Below, piece after piece: positions 27,794-38,483 of a stretch of 64,000 bases of DNA. Position numbers and translations under genes: made by a program. Source of the stretch: Escherichia phage YUEEL01; sequence record NC_054935.2; one strand, given 5' to 3'. The notes below the pieces were generated by a model, which saw only the letters and a program-made list of their open reading frames with translations, was not told the DNA's origin and made no database searches. Numbering within the stretch: position 1 is the stretch's first letter; each line of letters opens with the position of its first letter.

Positions 27794-29500
27794 ATGGCTT
27801 TTACAGTTGATATAACTCCTAAAACACCTACTGGAGTTATAGATCAGACTCAGCAGTTTACTGCTACACCCAGTGGTCAAACTGGAGATGGACCTATTAC
27901 ATATGCTTGGACTGTAGACGACGCTCCACAGGAAGAAACGTCAGCAACTTTTAGTTATGTACTAAAAGTACCTGCCGGTCAAAAGACTATTAAAGTAGTT
28001 GCAACCAATCAAGTTGCAGAATCTGAACCTGAAACAGCAGAAATTAGTACAACTATCACAGTTCAAAATAAGACACAAACAACTACTTTAGCTGTAACTC
28101 CTGGTAGCCCTGATGCTGGAGTGATTGGAACTCCAATTGAATTTACCGCTGCCTTAGCTTCACAGCCATCAGGTGCAAACGCTACGTATCAATGGCACGT
28201 TGACGGTTCTCCTGTAGACGAAGCAACTGACGCTACATTCAATTACACTCCTGACACAAGCGGAGTTAAAAAAATCAAGTGTGTAGCTCAAGTAACTGCG
28301 GCAGATTATGATGCACTAAGCGTTACTTCTAATGAAGTATCATTGACTGTTAATAAAAAGACGCAGACGACTACCTTGGCAGTAACTCCTGATAGTCCTC
28401 CAGCTGGAGTGATTGGAACAGCCGTTGAATTTACTGCTGCCTTAGCTTCTCAACCTGATGGGGCATCTGCTACGTATCAGTGGTATGTAGATGATTCTCA
28501 AATTGGTGAAGCGACTTCTGCTACATTTAGCTATACTCCAACTACAAGTGGAGTAAAAAGAATTAAATGCGTAGCGCAAGTAACAGCAACAGATTATGAC
28601 GCAAAAACAGTTACTTCTAATGAAGTATCATTAACAGTTAATAAGAAGACACAGACAACTACGTTAGCCGTAACTCCTGCTAATCCTGCTGCCGGAGTAA
28701 TTGGAACCCCAGTTCAATTTACTGCTGCCTTGGATTCACAGCCACCAGGAGCGTCTGCTACGTATCAGTGGTATGTTGACGGTTCTCTGGTCGATGGAGA
28801 AACTACTACTACATTTAACTATACTCCTACCACAGTTGGAGCTAAAACAGTTAAGTGTGTAGCGCAAGTAACTGCAGAAAATTACAATGAAAAGGAAGTT
28901 ACTTCTAATGAAGTATCATTGACTGTTAATAAGAAAACAATGAATCCACAGGTTACATTGACTCCTCCTTCTATTAACGTTCAGCAAGATGCTTCGGCTA
29001 CATTTACGGCTAATGTTACGGGTGCTCCAGAAGAAGCACAAATTACTTACTCATGGAAGAAAGATTCTTCTCCTGTAGAAGGGTCAACTAACGTATATAC
29101 TGTCGATACCTCATCTGTTGGAAGTCAAACTATTGAAGTTACTGCTGTCGTTACTGCAACTGATTACGATAGCAAAACTATTACAGCAGAAGGTCAAGTT
29201 CAGGTAACTGATAAAGTTGCTCCAGAACCAGAAGGTGAATTGCCTTATGTTCATCCTCTTCCACATCGTACTTCAGCTTATATCTGGTGCGGTTGGTGGG
29301 TTATGGATGAAATCCAAAAAATGACCGAAGAAGGTAAAGATTGGAAAACTGAAGATCCAGACAGTAAATACTACCTGCATCGTTACACTCTTCAGAAGAT
29401 GATGAAAGACTATCCAGAAGTTGATGTTCAAGAATCACGCAATGGATACATCATTCATAAAACTGCTTTAGAAACTGGTATCATCTATACCTATCCATAA
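27794..29500 (+). CDS. hoc: Hoc, highly immunogenic outer capsid protein (expanded Ig-domain form)
   Basis: 568 aa; five Ig-like modules, three of them near-identical 96-aa tandem units, plus C-terminal capsid-binding region (WCGWWVMDEIQ...); synteny inh-hoc-rnlB. Confidence 0.88.
   Translation: MAFTVDITPKTPTGVIDQTQQFTATPSGQTGDGPITYAWTVDDAPQEETSATFSYVLKVPAGQKTIKVVATNQVAESEPETAEISTTITVQNKTQTTTLAVTPGSPDAGVIGTPIEFTAALASQPSGANATYQWHVDGSPVDEATDATFNYTPDTSGVKKIKCVAQVTAADYDALSVTSNEVSLTVNKKTQTTTLAVTPDSPPAGVIGTAVEFTAALASQPDGASATYQWYVDDSQIGEATSATFSYTPTTSGVKRIKCVAQVTATDYDAKTVTSNEVSLTVNKKTQTTTLAVTPANPAAGVIGTPVQFTAALDSQPPGASATYQWYVDGSLVDGETTTTFNYTPTTVGAKTVKCVAQVTAENYNEKEVTSNEVSLTVNKKTMNPQVTLTPPSINVQQDASATFTANVTGAPEEAQITYSWKKDSSPVEGSTNVYTVDTSSVGSQTIEVTAVVTATDYDSKTITAEGQVQVTDKVAPEPEGELPYVHPLPHRTSAYIWCGWWVMDEIQKMTEEGKDWKTEDPDSKYYLHRYTLQKMMKDYPEVDVQESRNGYIIHKTALETGIIYTYP
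28070..28933 (+). repeat. three tandem ~288-bp repeats inside hoc (Ig-like domain units)
   Basis: Units at 28070-28357, 28358-28645, 28646-28933 each encode KTQTTTLAVTP...TSNEVSLTVNK (96 aa) with high mutual identity. Confidence 0.85.
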
Positions 29501-29518
29501 TCATAATCATAATCATAA
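29496..29518 (+). repeat. (CATAAT)n microsatellite, about 3.8 units
   Basis: CATAATCATAATCATAATCATAA overlapping hoc stop codon and leading into terminator hairpin. Confidence 0.7.
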
Positions 29519-29545
29519 GGGGCTTCGGCCCCTTTCTTCATTTTG
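29517..29545 (+). terminator. intrinsic terminator downstream of hoc
   Basis: AAGGGGC-TTCG-GCCCCTT followed by TCTTCATTTT. Confidence 0.7.
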
Positions 29546-29601
29546 AAAGCACACAAAACATACTCAGAAAATGATGTATATAATGGCATCAACTCGATAA
29601 C

Positions 29602-29799
29602 ATGAGATTGATTATGAGAACTGAGGTTGTGGTGTTTACTCTTCATGAGTCTGGAAAGTCATTCATTGAAATTGCTCGTGAATTAAACTTACAGGCGAAA
29701 GAAGTGGCTGTATTATGGGCTCGAGCTATGACTGCTAAGAATAAATTTGAAACTCGAGAAAAAGTTGTCTATAGAAAAAGACATATTAATAAAAGGTGA
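29602..29799 (+). CDS. small putative helix-turn-helix protein (65 aa)
   Basis: Segment SGKSFIEIARELNLQAKEVAVLWARA looks like an HTH; basic C-terminus; T4 24.3 position. Confidence 0.5.
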   Translation: MRLIMRTEVVVFTLHESGKSFIEIARELNLQAKEVAVLWARAMTAKNKFETREKVVYRKRHINKR

Positions 29800-29802
29800 A
29801 AA

Positions 29803-30081
29803 ATGGAACAGTATGATCTTTATGAAAATGAATCTTTTGCTAATCGATTACGCGAAAAAGCACTTAAAAGTAAACAGTTTAAGCTAGAGTGTTTTATTAA
29901 AGATTTTTCGGAACTTGCTAATAAAGCAGCTGAACAAGGTAAAACATATTTTAGTTATTATTGTACTGCTCGCGATAAATTGATTACTGAAGAAATTGGT
30001 GATTGGCTGAGAAAAGAAGGATTTAGCTTTAAAGTCAATAGTGATCAGCGTGATGGTGATTGGTTAGAAATTACATTTTGA
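29803..30081 (+). CDS. hypothetical protein (92 aa)
   Basis: ATG ORF between hoc and rnlB (T4 24.2 position). Confidence 0.55.
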   Translation: MEQYDLYENESFANRLREKALKSKQFKLECFIKDFSELANKAAEQGKTYFSYYCTARDKLITEEIGDWLRKEGFSFKVNSDQRDGDWLEITF

Positions 30082-30090
30082 GGATTAATT

Positions 30091-31095
30091 ATGTTTAAAA
30101 AGTATAGCAGTCTTGAAAATCATTACAACTCTAAATTTATTGAAAAACTTTATAGCTTGGGATTGACTGGTGGGGAGTGGGTAGCTCGTGAAAAGATTCA
30201 CGGCACAAATTTCTCATTGATTATTGAGCGTGATAAAGTAACTTGCGCTAAACGCACTGGTCCTATTCTTCCTGCTGAAGATTTCTTTGGGTATGAAATT
30301 ATTTTGAAGAATTACTCTGATTCCATTAAAGCAGTACAAGATATTATGGAAACTTCAGCGGTTGTATCTTATCAAGTTTTTGGCGAATTCGCTGGACCTG
30401 GCATTCAGAAGAATGTCGATTATGGCGATAAAGATTTTTATGTATTTGACATTATTGTTACTACAGAAAGTGGTGATGTGACTTATGTCGATGATTATAT
30501 GATGGAATCATTCTGCAATACATTTAAATTTAAAATGGCTCCACTTTTAGGTCACGGTAAATTTGAAGAACTTATTAAATTGCCAAATGATTTAGATTCT
30601 GTCGTCCAGGATTATAATTTTACGGTAGACCATGCTGGATTAGTTGATGCAAATAAATGCGTTTGGAATGCTGAAGTAAAAGGCGAAGTATTTACCGCTG
30701 AAGGATATGTATTGAAACCTTGTTATCCTTCTTGGATGCCTAATGGCAATCGCGTAGCTATCAAATGCAAGAACTCTAAATTTAGTGAAAAGAAAAAGTC
30801 TGATAAGCCTATTAAAGCTAAAGTTGAACTGTCAGAAGCTGATAACAAATTGGTTGGAATTTTAGCTTGTTACGTTACACTGAACCGAGTAAATAACGTT
30901 ATTTCTAAAATTGGTGAAATTGGTCCAAAAGATTTTGGAAAGGTGATGGGGCTAACTGTTCAAGATATTTTGGAAGAAACTTCTCGTGAAGGTATTACTC
31001 TAACTCAAGCGGATAATCCTTCTTTGATTAAGAAGGAATTAGTTAAAATGGTACAAGATGTACTTCGTCCGGCTTGGATTGAATTGGTAAGTTAA
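30091..31095 (+). CDS. rnlB: RNA ligase 2
   Basis: 334 aa [42 protein letters not shown]... with adenylation motif KIHGTN; matches T4 Rnl2. Confidence 0.93.
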   Translation: MFKKYSSLENHYNSKFIEKLYSLGLTGGEWVAREKIHGTNFSLIIERDKVTCAKRTGPILPAEDFFGYEIILKNYSDSIKAVQDIMETSAVVSYQVFGEFAGPGIQKNVDYGDKDFYVFDIIVTTESGDVTYVDDYMMESFCNTFKFKMAPLLGHGKFEELIKLPNDLDSVVQDYNFTVDHAGLVDANKCVWNAEVKGEVFTAEGYVLKPCYPSWMPNGNRVAIKCKNSKFSEKKKSDKPIKAKVELSEADNKLVGILACYVTLNRVNNVISKIGEIGPKDFGKVMGLTVQDILEETSREGITLTQADNPSLIKKELVKMVQDVLRPAWIELVS

Positions 31096-31100
31096 ATAAA

Positions 31101-31124
31101 AAGGGACCTTTCGGTCCCTTTGTT
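31101..31124. terminator. bidirectional terminator between convergent rnlB (+) and gene 24 (-)
   Basis: AAGGGACC-TTTC-GGTCCCTT followed by TGTTTTATT on plus strand and preceded by AAATAAAA. Confidence 0.75.
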
Positions 31125-32408
31125 TTATTCATCAATGATAATTTTTGGTAGCTTAACACCTAATAAAACAGACAAATCTGAACGACCCGCCATTTTATCC
31201 ATATCTCCACCATCAATTACTCTTGCTTCTTTTTCATCTTTTGCTACAGTGTAAGGATTTGCAGATAAAGCATATCTAACTAATAAACCGATAGATGGCT
31301 GCAAACTTTCTGGATCAACTACAACTTTAAATGCACCTACATGTTCAGGGTCATCTAAGTCAAGACCTTCTGTATACGGAGCATAGAAAATTGATCCAAC
31401 AATTTCTTTTTCACCAATATTTTCTACTACGCCAACGATTACATAATCTAATGGACTGTTGGTATCGCAATAAAGCGGTAAACCATTAGCTAAGAACCCG
31501 TAGGCATTTTGTGAAAGATATTTGTCATCTTCTGGTTTATGTTTTAACCAACCTGATGCAGCAAGAATCGCAGCGGCACGAGCTGAAGCAACACAGAACG
31601 TTGCTGTATAAGTTGATTCTTTCTGGATATGTGAAACCATTTCACACACCATTCGGTATAATGAACGACCAGCTTCAGGTGCAGATGCATAACTCAAATC
31701 AATGAATCCAGTATCAGTAATTCCTGTAACTTTATAGCGTTTTGATACTGTAATCAAAGACTGCAGAATATCTTTATTGATTTCATCCGCCATTTCAGTT
31801 GCAAGCAAATCTTCCAAGAAATTAGGAGCATCGAATCCGTTTGCTTCTAAATCTTGTGCTAATTCAACTGTGATGCCAGTTTTAAGTTTACGAGATTTAA
31901 CTGCGGTTTGCCATTTATTAATCTGGAATCTAGCATCCGCAATTTCGCTATCAGAGTTTTCAAATTTGCTTGTTACTGCAGCATCAGAAAATAGACGAAC
32001 CTTTAAAAGAACGATTGCAATCTGAAGAGCTAATTCTAAATCGCTTTCTTCAATATCAGCAAATGGTGTATCTTCTAATACTTTATAAACGATATTATTA
32101 TATTTGAATAAATCGCCTTTATTGAGAGTTAATTTAGACTCTTCTGTTAATTCTGTGATTTGTTCTCGGTCTACATACCCAGCTTCGCCAGCGTAAGTAG
32201 CACCAGTTTTAAATGTAAATTCGTTATCCGGGTTAAGGTATTTGATACCATAAAAAGCAGCAACAGGTTGATTAGTTCTTTGCGTTGCTACAATGTCAGA
32301 ATATATTAATTTAGTGGTAGCGCGAGTCAAAGCAACGAGATTTGGGCGACCGATTGAGTTGCTATTCGTTGTGGTTGATTCGCGCAGAAGTTCGTTGATT
32401 TTAGCCAT
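31125..32408 (-). CDS. 24: head vertex protein gp24
   Basis: 427 aa MAKINELLRESTTTNSNSIGRPNLVALTRATTK... matches T4 gp24; late promoter upstream. Confidence 0.93.
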   Translation of the reverse strand: MAKINELLRESTTTNSNSIGRPNLVALTRATTKLIYSDIVATQRTNQPVAAFYGIKYLNPDNEFTFKTGATYAGEAGYVDREQITELTEESKLTLNKGDLFKYNNIVYKVLEDTPFADIEESDLELALQIAIVLLKVRLFSDAAVTSKFENSDSEIADARFQINKWQTAVKSRKLKTGITVELAQDLEANGFDAPNFLEDLLATEMADEINKDILQSLITVSKRYKVTGITDTGFIDLSYASAPEAGRSLYRMVCEMVSHIQKESTYTATFCVASARAAAILAASGWLKHKPEDDKYLSQNAYGFLANGLPLYCDTNSPLDYVIVGVVENIGEKEIVGSIFYAPYTEGLDLDDPEHVGAFKVVVDPESLQPSIGLLVRYALSANPYTVAKDEKEARVIDGGDMDKMAGRSDLSVLLGVKLPKIIIDE

Positions 32409-32435
32409 TGCGCTTTCCTTTCAGTTTATATGATT

Positions 32436-32443
32436 TATTTATA
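32436..32443 (-). promoter_or_regulatory. late promoter TATAAATA for gene 24
   Basis: Reverse-complement TATAAATA 28 nt upstream of gp24 ATG. Confidence 0.65.
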
Positions 32444-32457
32444 CCATAAAAACAACT

Positions 32458-32478
32458 AAAGGGACCCGAAGGTCCCTT
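32458..32478 (-). terminator. intrinsic terminator downstream of gene 23
   Basis: Minus strand GGGACC-TTCG-GGTCCC followed by TTTAGTTGTTTTTATGG, 14 nt after gp23 stop. Confidence 0.8.
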
Positions 32479-32491
32479 AAATCGTCAAAGA

Positions 32492-34057
32492 TTAGATACC
32501 TTTAACATATACACGGCGGAAGTAAGCGTTTTTACCAAGGCTATTCAGAATAGAAGGCATACCGCTCTGGATGCGAGAAGCCGGAGCCTGAGCAGCGGAT
32601 TCTGCAAATGGGTTGATACCGATACCGTAACGAGTTTTGAATCCCATTACCGGTTGGAAGTTCTTCGGATCAGAACCACGCAGCGGAGTCAGAGCTACAT
32701 ATGGAGCATAGTAAATACCAGCATCCATTTCGTTCGGACCTTTATAACCTACGGTGAAATAATCCTGTTTAGCATACTGGTCGATATATACACGGTATTT
32801 ACCACCCAGAACACCAGCAAATACTGACTTGGTAGTATCAGTGTTAAAGCCAGTAGCCAGACCTTGTGCAGCATAAGAAATGCCGGTATCAACTGAAGCC
32901 AGAACGTTAACTACGTTACGGGAAGCGATAATGAAGTTACCTTCGCCGCGACCAGTCTGACGAGCAATTTCAACTGCTTCTTTGTCAATCTGGAACAACA
33001 GAGCTTTAAAGGATTCACCTGCCCAGCGAGCACCACGAATATCGATTGGGTCCTGGAAGTCAAATACACCAGCTTTAGAACCCGGAGTCAGGGTCATACC
33101 AGATTTACCAACCTGAGCGGAGTAGTTAATCCAATCAACAACTTCGCGGTTGATTTCCAGCATAATTTCGGTAGCCAGAATACCAGACAGTTCAGCATCA
33201 GCATCCATACCGTGAACAGCGCGAAGGTCTTGTGCTAATTCAATAGAGTAAGCAGCTTTCAGCTGACGAGATTTAGCTTCGATAACTTGCTTATCGATAC
33301 GGAAGCCCATTTCATTCCATGGGTTATCGGTAGAACCGTTAAAACCTTCCTGAAGTTCAGCGATAGAAGTAGCCATACCTTCAGCGATTTCTACCAGTAC
33401 ACCAGCTTCCATTTGTTTCTTAATTTCAGCATCTAATTTGTCTGCGTCAGATGCGCCTGAATCAATTTGTTTAACTTCTGTAGCTTGCAGATATACTGTA
33501 CCAGTTTCCTGGAAGAAGTGAGTGTAAATAGTTCCGACTTCAAGAGTATCACTTGCTTTCAAAGCAGCGAATTTCTTAGCAGCACCCTGACCAGAGAACA
33601 TTGCATCTGGACCATACATTGGGTGGAATGCTTCTTTAGCACCGGAAGCGATTGGGTCTTTACCATATACTGCGCGCAGTGCGAATACCTGGCCAGTCGG
33701 GCTGTTCATTGGCTGAACACCACAAATATCGAAAGCAATCAGGTTAGGAATAGCACGACGTACCATACCCATAACAGCTGGGCCAATCTGAGTTACTGCT
33801 CCAGAAGTCTGACCTGCAGCGATGTTGGTAGCATTGTAACCGTGGTCACCACCGATTTCAGCTTCTGTTAAGAAAGAACCGAATGCCTGAGCAATTTTTT
33901 CGTCTTTATATTCCGGAGCTGTCTGGAAATCTTTTTCCTGGTTTTCAAAGATTTTAGCGATAATCGCTTGTTTGCTATTAGCAATTTCCGGTAAACCTTC
34001 ACCTTCCAGTAATGGCTTCCATTTGTTCAAAAGTTCAGCTTTAGTTTTGATAGTCAT
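32492..34057 (-). CDS. 23: major capsid protein gp23
   Basis: 521 aa MTIKTKAELLNKWKPLLEGEGLPEIANSKQAIIAKIFENQEKDF... matches T4 gp23; strong terminator downstream. Confidence 0.96.
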   Translation of the reverse strand: MTIKTKAELLNKWKPLLEGEGLPEIANSKQAIIAKIFENQEKDFQTAPEYKDEKIAQAFGSFLTEAEIGGDHGYNATNIAAGQTSGAVTQIGPAVMGMVRRAIPNLIAFDICGVQPMNSPTGQVFALRAVYGKDPIASGAKEAFHPMYGPDAMFSGQGAAKKFAALKASDTLEVGTIYTHFFQETGTVYLQATEVKQIDSGASDADKLDAEIKKQMEAGVLVEIAEGMATSIAELQEGFNGSTDNPWNEMGFRIDKQVIEAKSRQLKAAYSIELAQDLRAVHGMDADAELSGILATEIMLEINREVVDWINYSAQVGKSGMTLTPGSKAGVFDFQDPIDIRGARWAGESFKALLFQIDKEAVEIARQTGRGEGNFIIASRNVVNVLASVDTGISYAAQGLATGFNTDTTKSVFAGVLGGKYRVYIDQYAKQDYFTVGYKGPNEMDAGIYYAPYVALTPLRGSDPKNFQPVMGFKTRYGIGINPFAESAAQAPASRIQSGMPSILNSLGKNAYFRRVYVKGI

Positions 34058-34075
34058 TTGTGTTAACCTTTAAAA

Positions 34076-34885
34076 TTAGAAACGAGATGCGACTTTCGCA
34101 TATACACTTACAATATCTTCTGCACCTTGTGCAGATTTATCTTCTACAGCTTCAGTGACGAAATTCAGTCCGGCTGCTTCAGTATCAGGAGTATTTATAC
34201 TCTCAGTAATAGTGCTTTCATCTTTATTAGATTTCTTCACCATTTCTACGATTGCACTCAATTTACTTGAGAATGCATCTGAATAATCCATACCTTCGAC
34301 CAGAGCAGAGACTTTTTCTTTTTGAGACTCAGTCAGATCTTTAGTACTTTCGCTCAATGCCACTTCACGCTGCACATAATTGATATATGCGTCACGCTTA
34401 TTGAGTTCTTCGAACAGACGAGCTGATTCTTCTTTATGTTCTTGCAGTTCTTCTTCCATTTCAGCTACAACATCAACTGATTCTTCTGGAACAACAACGT
34501 TGTGTTCAACGAAGAGCTCTTTCAATCCACCAAGCATGGATTCAAACAGTTCGGCTTTGATACCTTTATCTACTGCTAATTTATTTTCAGTGAGCCATTC
34601 TTTTGCAAGATGGTCAAGGAATTTAGAAGCTTGCTCAGCGATTTTCTTCTCAGCTTTTTCTTCTGCTTCTTCTTTATTTTTTTCTACTTCTTCTTCTGCT
34701 TTTTCAGCAATTTTAGCGATATGAGATTCAGCTAATTTAACGGCGTGCTGCTTGACGGTAGCTTCGAATACAGTGCCGAAAGTTTCTTTTGCTTCCGGAG
34801 AAATATTAACTGATTCGAAAATACTATCAAGAGCAACGGAAGCATCAATTTTTTGCGCTTCAGCAATCAGTTGTTCTTTAAGCAT
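34076..34885 (-). CDS. 22: prohead core scaffold protein gp22
   Basis: 269 aa, highly acidic/helical; synteny 21-22-23. Confidence 0.9.
   Translation of the reverse strand: MLKEQLIAEAQKIDASVALDSIFESVNISPEAKETFGTVFEATVKQHAVKLAESHIAKIAEKAEEEVEKNKEEAEEKAEKKIAEQASKFLDHLAKEWLTENKLAVDKGIKAELFESMLGGLKELFVEHNVVVPEESVDVVAEMEEELQEHKEESARLFEELNKRDAYINYVQREVALSESTKDLTESQKEKVSALVEGMDYSDAFSSKLSAIVEMVKKSNKDESTITESINTPDTEAAGLNFVTEAVEDKSAQGAEDIVSVYAKVASRF
34192..34199 (-). promoter_or_regulatory. candidate late promoter for gene 23 inside gene 22
   Basis: Only TATAAATA (minus strand) within 150 nt upstream of gp23 ATG. Confidence 0.4.
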
Positions 34886-34912
34886 TTTGTAGTCCTGTTG
34901 TTTAGATAATAA

Positions 34913-34920
34913 TATTTATA
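34913..34920 (-). promoter_or_regulatory. late promoter TATAAATA for gene 22
   Basis: Reverse-complement TATAAATA overlapping gp21 stop, 28 nt upstream of gp22 ATG. Confidence 0.65.
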
Positions 34921-35554
34921 ACGCTTTTTTCATGGCCTCTGCGAGAGCCATATAGGCGTCATCGGCACTTGTATCGGCTTCCGCCGTCTGTGATTCGGTA
35001 ATTTCCTTAGGAGTTACCCATGCATCTGGAGCACTTGGACCCCATACTGCATCAACACCTACAGTTAATTTGAATCCTTCGTTTACGATACGATAACCTT
35101 TATTTGTGTCAGTCAATGAACCTAATCCACGAGAAGAAACTCCTGGAATCCATCCGGCACGAATATTAGCTGCTAATTTATCTCCAGGACCGTGGTCACC
35201 TTCAATAACACGAGCTCGTCCGTATACGTCATTTCCTTTCCACCACATATCTTCTATAATGATAGCGGCTTGCATCGGGTCAACATTAGCGCGTGGAGGA
35301 TGATTTAATTCTCCGAGAGCTTGTTTAGTTAAAACTTGCTCATTAATATAGTCTTTTACCGCTTTTTCTAATATACGTTTTGGATAAAGACGTTTATTTC
35401 TATTGACGACTTCCGCTTGCATGAATATTCCTTCGATGTATAAACCCGGTTTTAAACCTAAGTCTTTTCCATCATGAGATTCAAGCATTGGTACGCCATC
35501 AATAATTTCGCCAGGTTGACCCCAAGTTTCAATTAGTAATTGGGGTTCATTCAT
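34916..35554 (-). CDS. 21: prohead protease gp21
   Basis: 212 aa, synteny and length as T4 gp21. Confidence 0.92.
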   Translation of the reverse strand: MNEPQLLIETWGQPGEIIDGVPMLESHDGKDLGLKPGLYIEGIFMQAEVVNRNKRLYPKRILEKAVKDYINEQVLTKQALGELNHPPRANVDPMQAAIIIEDMWWKGNDVYGRARVIEGDHGPGDKLAANIRAGWIPGVSSRGLGSLTDTNKGYRIVNEGFKLTVGVDAVWGPSAPDAWVTPKEITESQTAEADTSADDAYMALAEAMKKAL

Positions 35555-35979
35555 TAGCTTAATCCTAATGCTTTACGGCGTTTAAGAGCTTTTTTACGCT
35601 TACGCTGAGCACGAGATTGACCTGCTGGATTGGCAATCTTCGTTTTGGTAGCTTTACGAGCAATTTGTCTACGTTTTGCTTTAGACAACCCGGTAGTTTG
35701 AAATGCATTACGTTCGCGGGTTTTGCGATCTTTAGTGCGAGTAATTTCACCACGGGCAGAAACATGTTTAACGATAAATTCATTTAACGGCATATTTTCA
35801 TTAATAGAAGCTAATGCAACCGCTAAATCAGTTTCATCATCAAGCATATTCTCGACAATTGTATTTATATCGTCTTTATTTAAAGCAGAAGACAATTCGT
35901 CAAAGCGACCCTGTGCTTCAGGAATAAGTGCTTCGACATTCTCGAGAACTAATTCATGAGTTTCAGGGATCAGAAGCAT
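35554..35979 (-). CDS. 68: prohead core protein gp68
   Basis: 141 aa, basic C-terminus, between 67 and 21 as in T4. Confidence 0.8.
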
Positions 35980-36217
35980 TATTCATCATCCTCGTCTTCG
36001 TCAGAGTCTTTGTCTTTTTTGTCGTCTTTATCATCACTATCTTCGTCTTCGTCATCATCCTCGTCATCAGGTTCTTCACCTTCGATTAAGAAATTACGAG
36101 CGATAGCGATTTTTTCTTCTTTAATTAAATCAGTCGTTCTTGCAGCCATGGCTTCAGCAAATAATTTACGAGCGGCTACGAGGTCGTTTGATTTAATAGC
36201 TTCAATTAAACCTTCCA

Positions 36218-36218
<1 letters not shown>
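35979..36218 (-). CDS. 67: prohead core protein gp67
   Basis: 79 aa with poly-Asp/Glu C-terminal tract, between 20 and 68. Confidence 0.8.
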
Positions 36219-37843
<1,625 letters not shown>

Positions 37844-37854
37844 TTAAGCAGGAT

Positions 37855-37868
37855 GGGGATTTCTCCCC
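37855..37868 (-). promoter_or_regulatory. hairpin in 19-20 intergenic region
   Basis: GGGGA-TTTC-TCCCC just after gp19 stop; no clear U-tract on minus strand. Confidence 0.4.
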
Positions 37869-37875
37869 ATTCATT

Positions 37876-38367
37876 TTATTCCCAATAATCGAGAGCAAGA
37901 GTTACTTCAAAGGTTTGGATTTCATTGTTTGAATCCCAATCTAATTGAAGTTCACCCACGTTAGTAGGCCACAGACCTTTAATTTCAATTTCTTTTGTTA
38001 CTGTTTTAGCATCACGAGCATATTGACGAACAATAGCGCTCTTTTTATACTCTGCAGGTTTTCCACCAGTAATTTCGTTTCCTTGACCAGCAGCAATGCT
38101 TTGCCAATCAACAAACTTCTGGCGAGCATCATGAGCTTCATCGTTCATTACTGTAACAGTCCAGTCATCGAATGTACGATCGCCTGCTACGTTAATTTTA
38201 CGGTTCATAAATCCGACTGGAATTTTTTCTACAATACCAGCTGGTAAAGCAGTGGCTTTACATTGGAATGTAAAATTTTGTCCAAGATAAGAAATTTCTA
38301 CTTGGAATAAGTTAGGTCGAGCAAAATCACCAGATTCAAACGCTCGTGTTACATCATCTACAAACAT
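37876..38367 (-). CDS. 19: tail tube protein gp19
   Basis: 163 aa, synteny and length as T4 gp19. Confidence 0.93.
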   Translation of the reverse strand: MFVDDVTRAFESGDFARPNLFQVEISYLGQNFTFQCKATALPAGIVEKIPVGFMNRKINVAGDRTFDDWTVTVMNDEAHDARQKFVDWQSIAAGQGNEITGGKPAEYKKSAIVRQYARDAKTVTKEIEIKGLWPTNVGELQLDWDSNNEIQTFEVTLALDYWE

Positions 38368-38381
38368 ATTAGCCTCTGTAG

Positions 38382-38389
38382 TATTTATA
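38382..38389 (-). promoter_or_regulatory. late promoter TATAAATA proximal to gene 19
   Basis: Reverse-complement TATAAATA 15 nt upstream of gp19 ATG. Confidence 0.45.
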
Positions 38390-38440
38390 TCCCTATGTTT
38401 AACCTAGGGCATATAGAATTAAAGAATTAAGGATATAGTG

Positions 38441-38448
38441 TATTTATA
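38441..38448 (-). promoter_or_regulatory. late promoter TATAAATA distal to gene 19
   Basis: Second reverse-complement TATAAATA in the 18-19 intergenic region, adjacent to hairpin. Confidence 0.5.
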
Positions 38449-38449
38449 T

Positions 38450-38467
38450 GGCCTGCCGAAACAGGCC
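38450..38467 (-). promoter_or_regulatory. hairpin in 18-19 intergenic region
   Basis: GGCCTG-CCGAAA-CAGGCC, 16 nt after gp18 stop, directly followed (minus strand) by a TATAAATA late promoter. Confidence 0.45.
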
Positions 38468-38483
38468 TTTAGAATGCACCGTA

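Noticed and set aside
28070-28933. Possibility that the hoc tandem repeats are a CRISPR-like or satellite array
   Set aside because: Units are 288 bp, in frame and encode Ig-like domains with no spacer/repeat alternation; protein-domain duplication, not a CRISPR array
29496-29518. (CATAAT)n microsatellite as a functional element
   Set aside because: Short AT-rich tandem repeat at a gene end, probably incidental; kept only as a repeat annotation
33467-33871. 134-aa plus-strand ORF inside gene 23
   Set aside because: Antisense to the major capsid protein gene; shadow ORF
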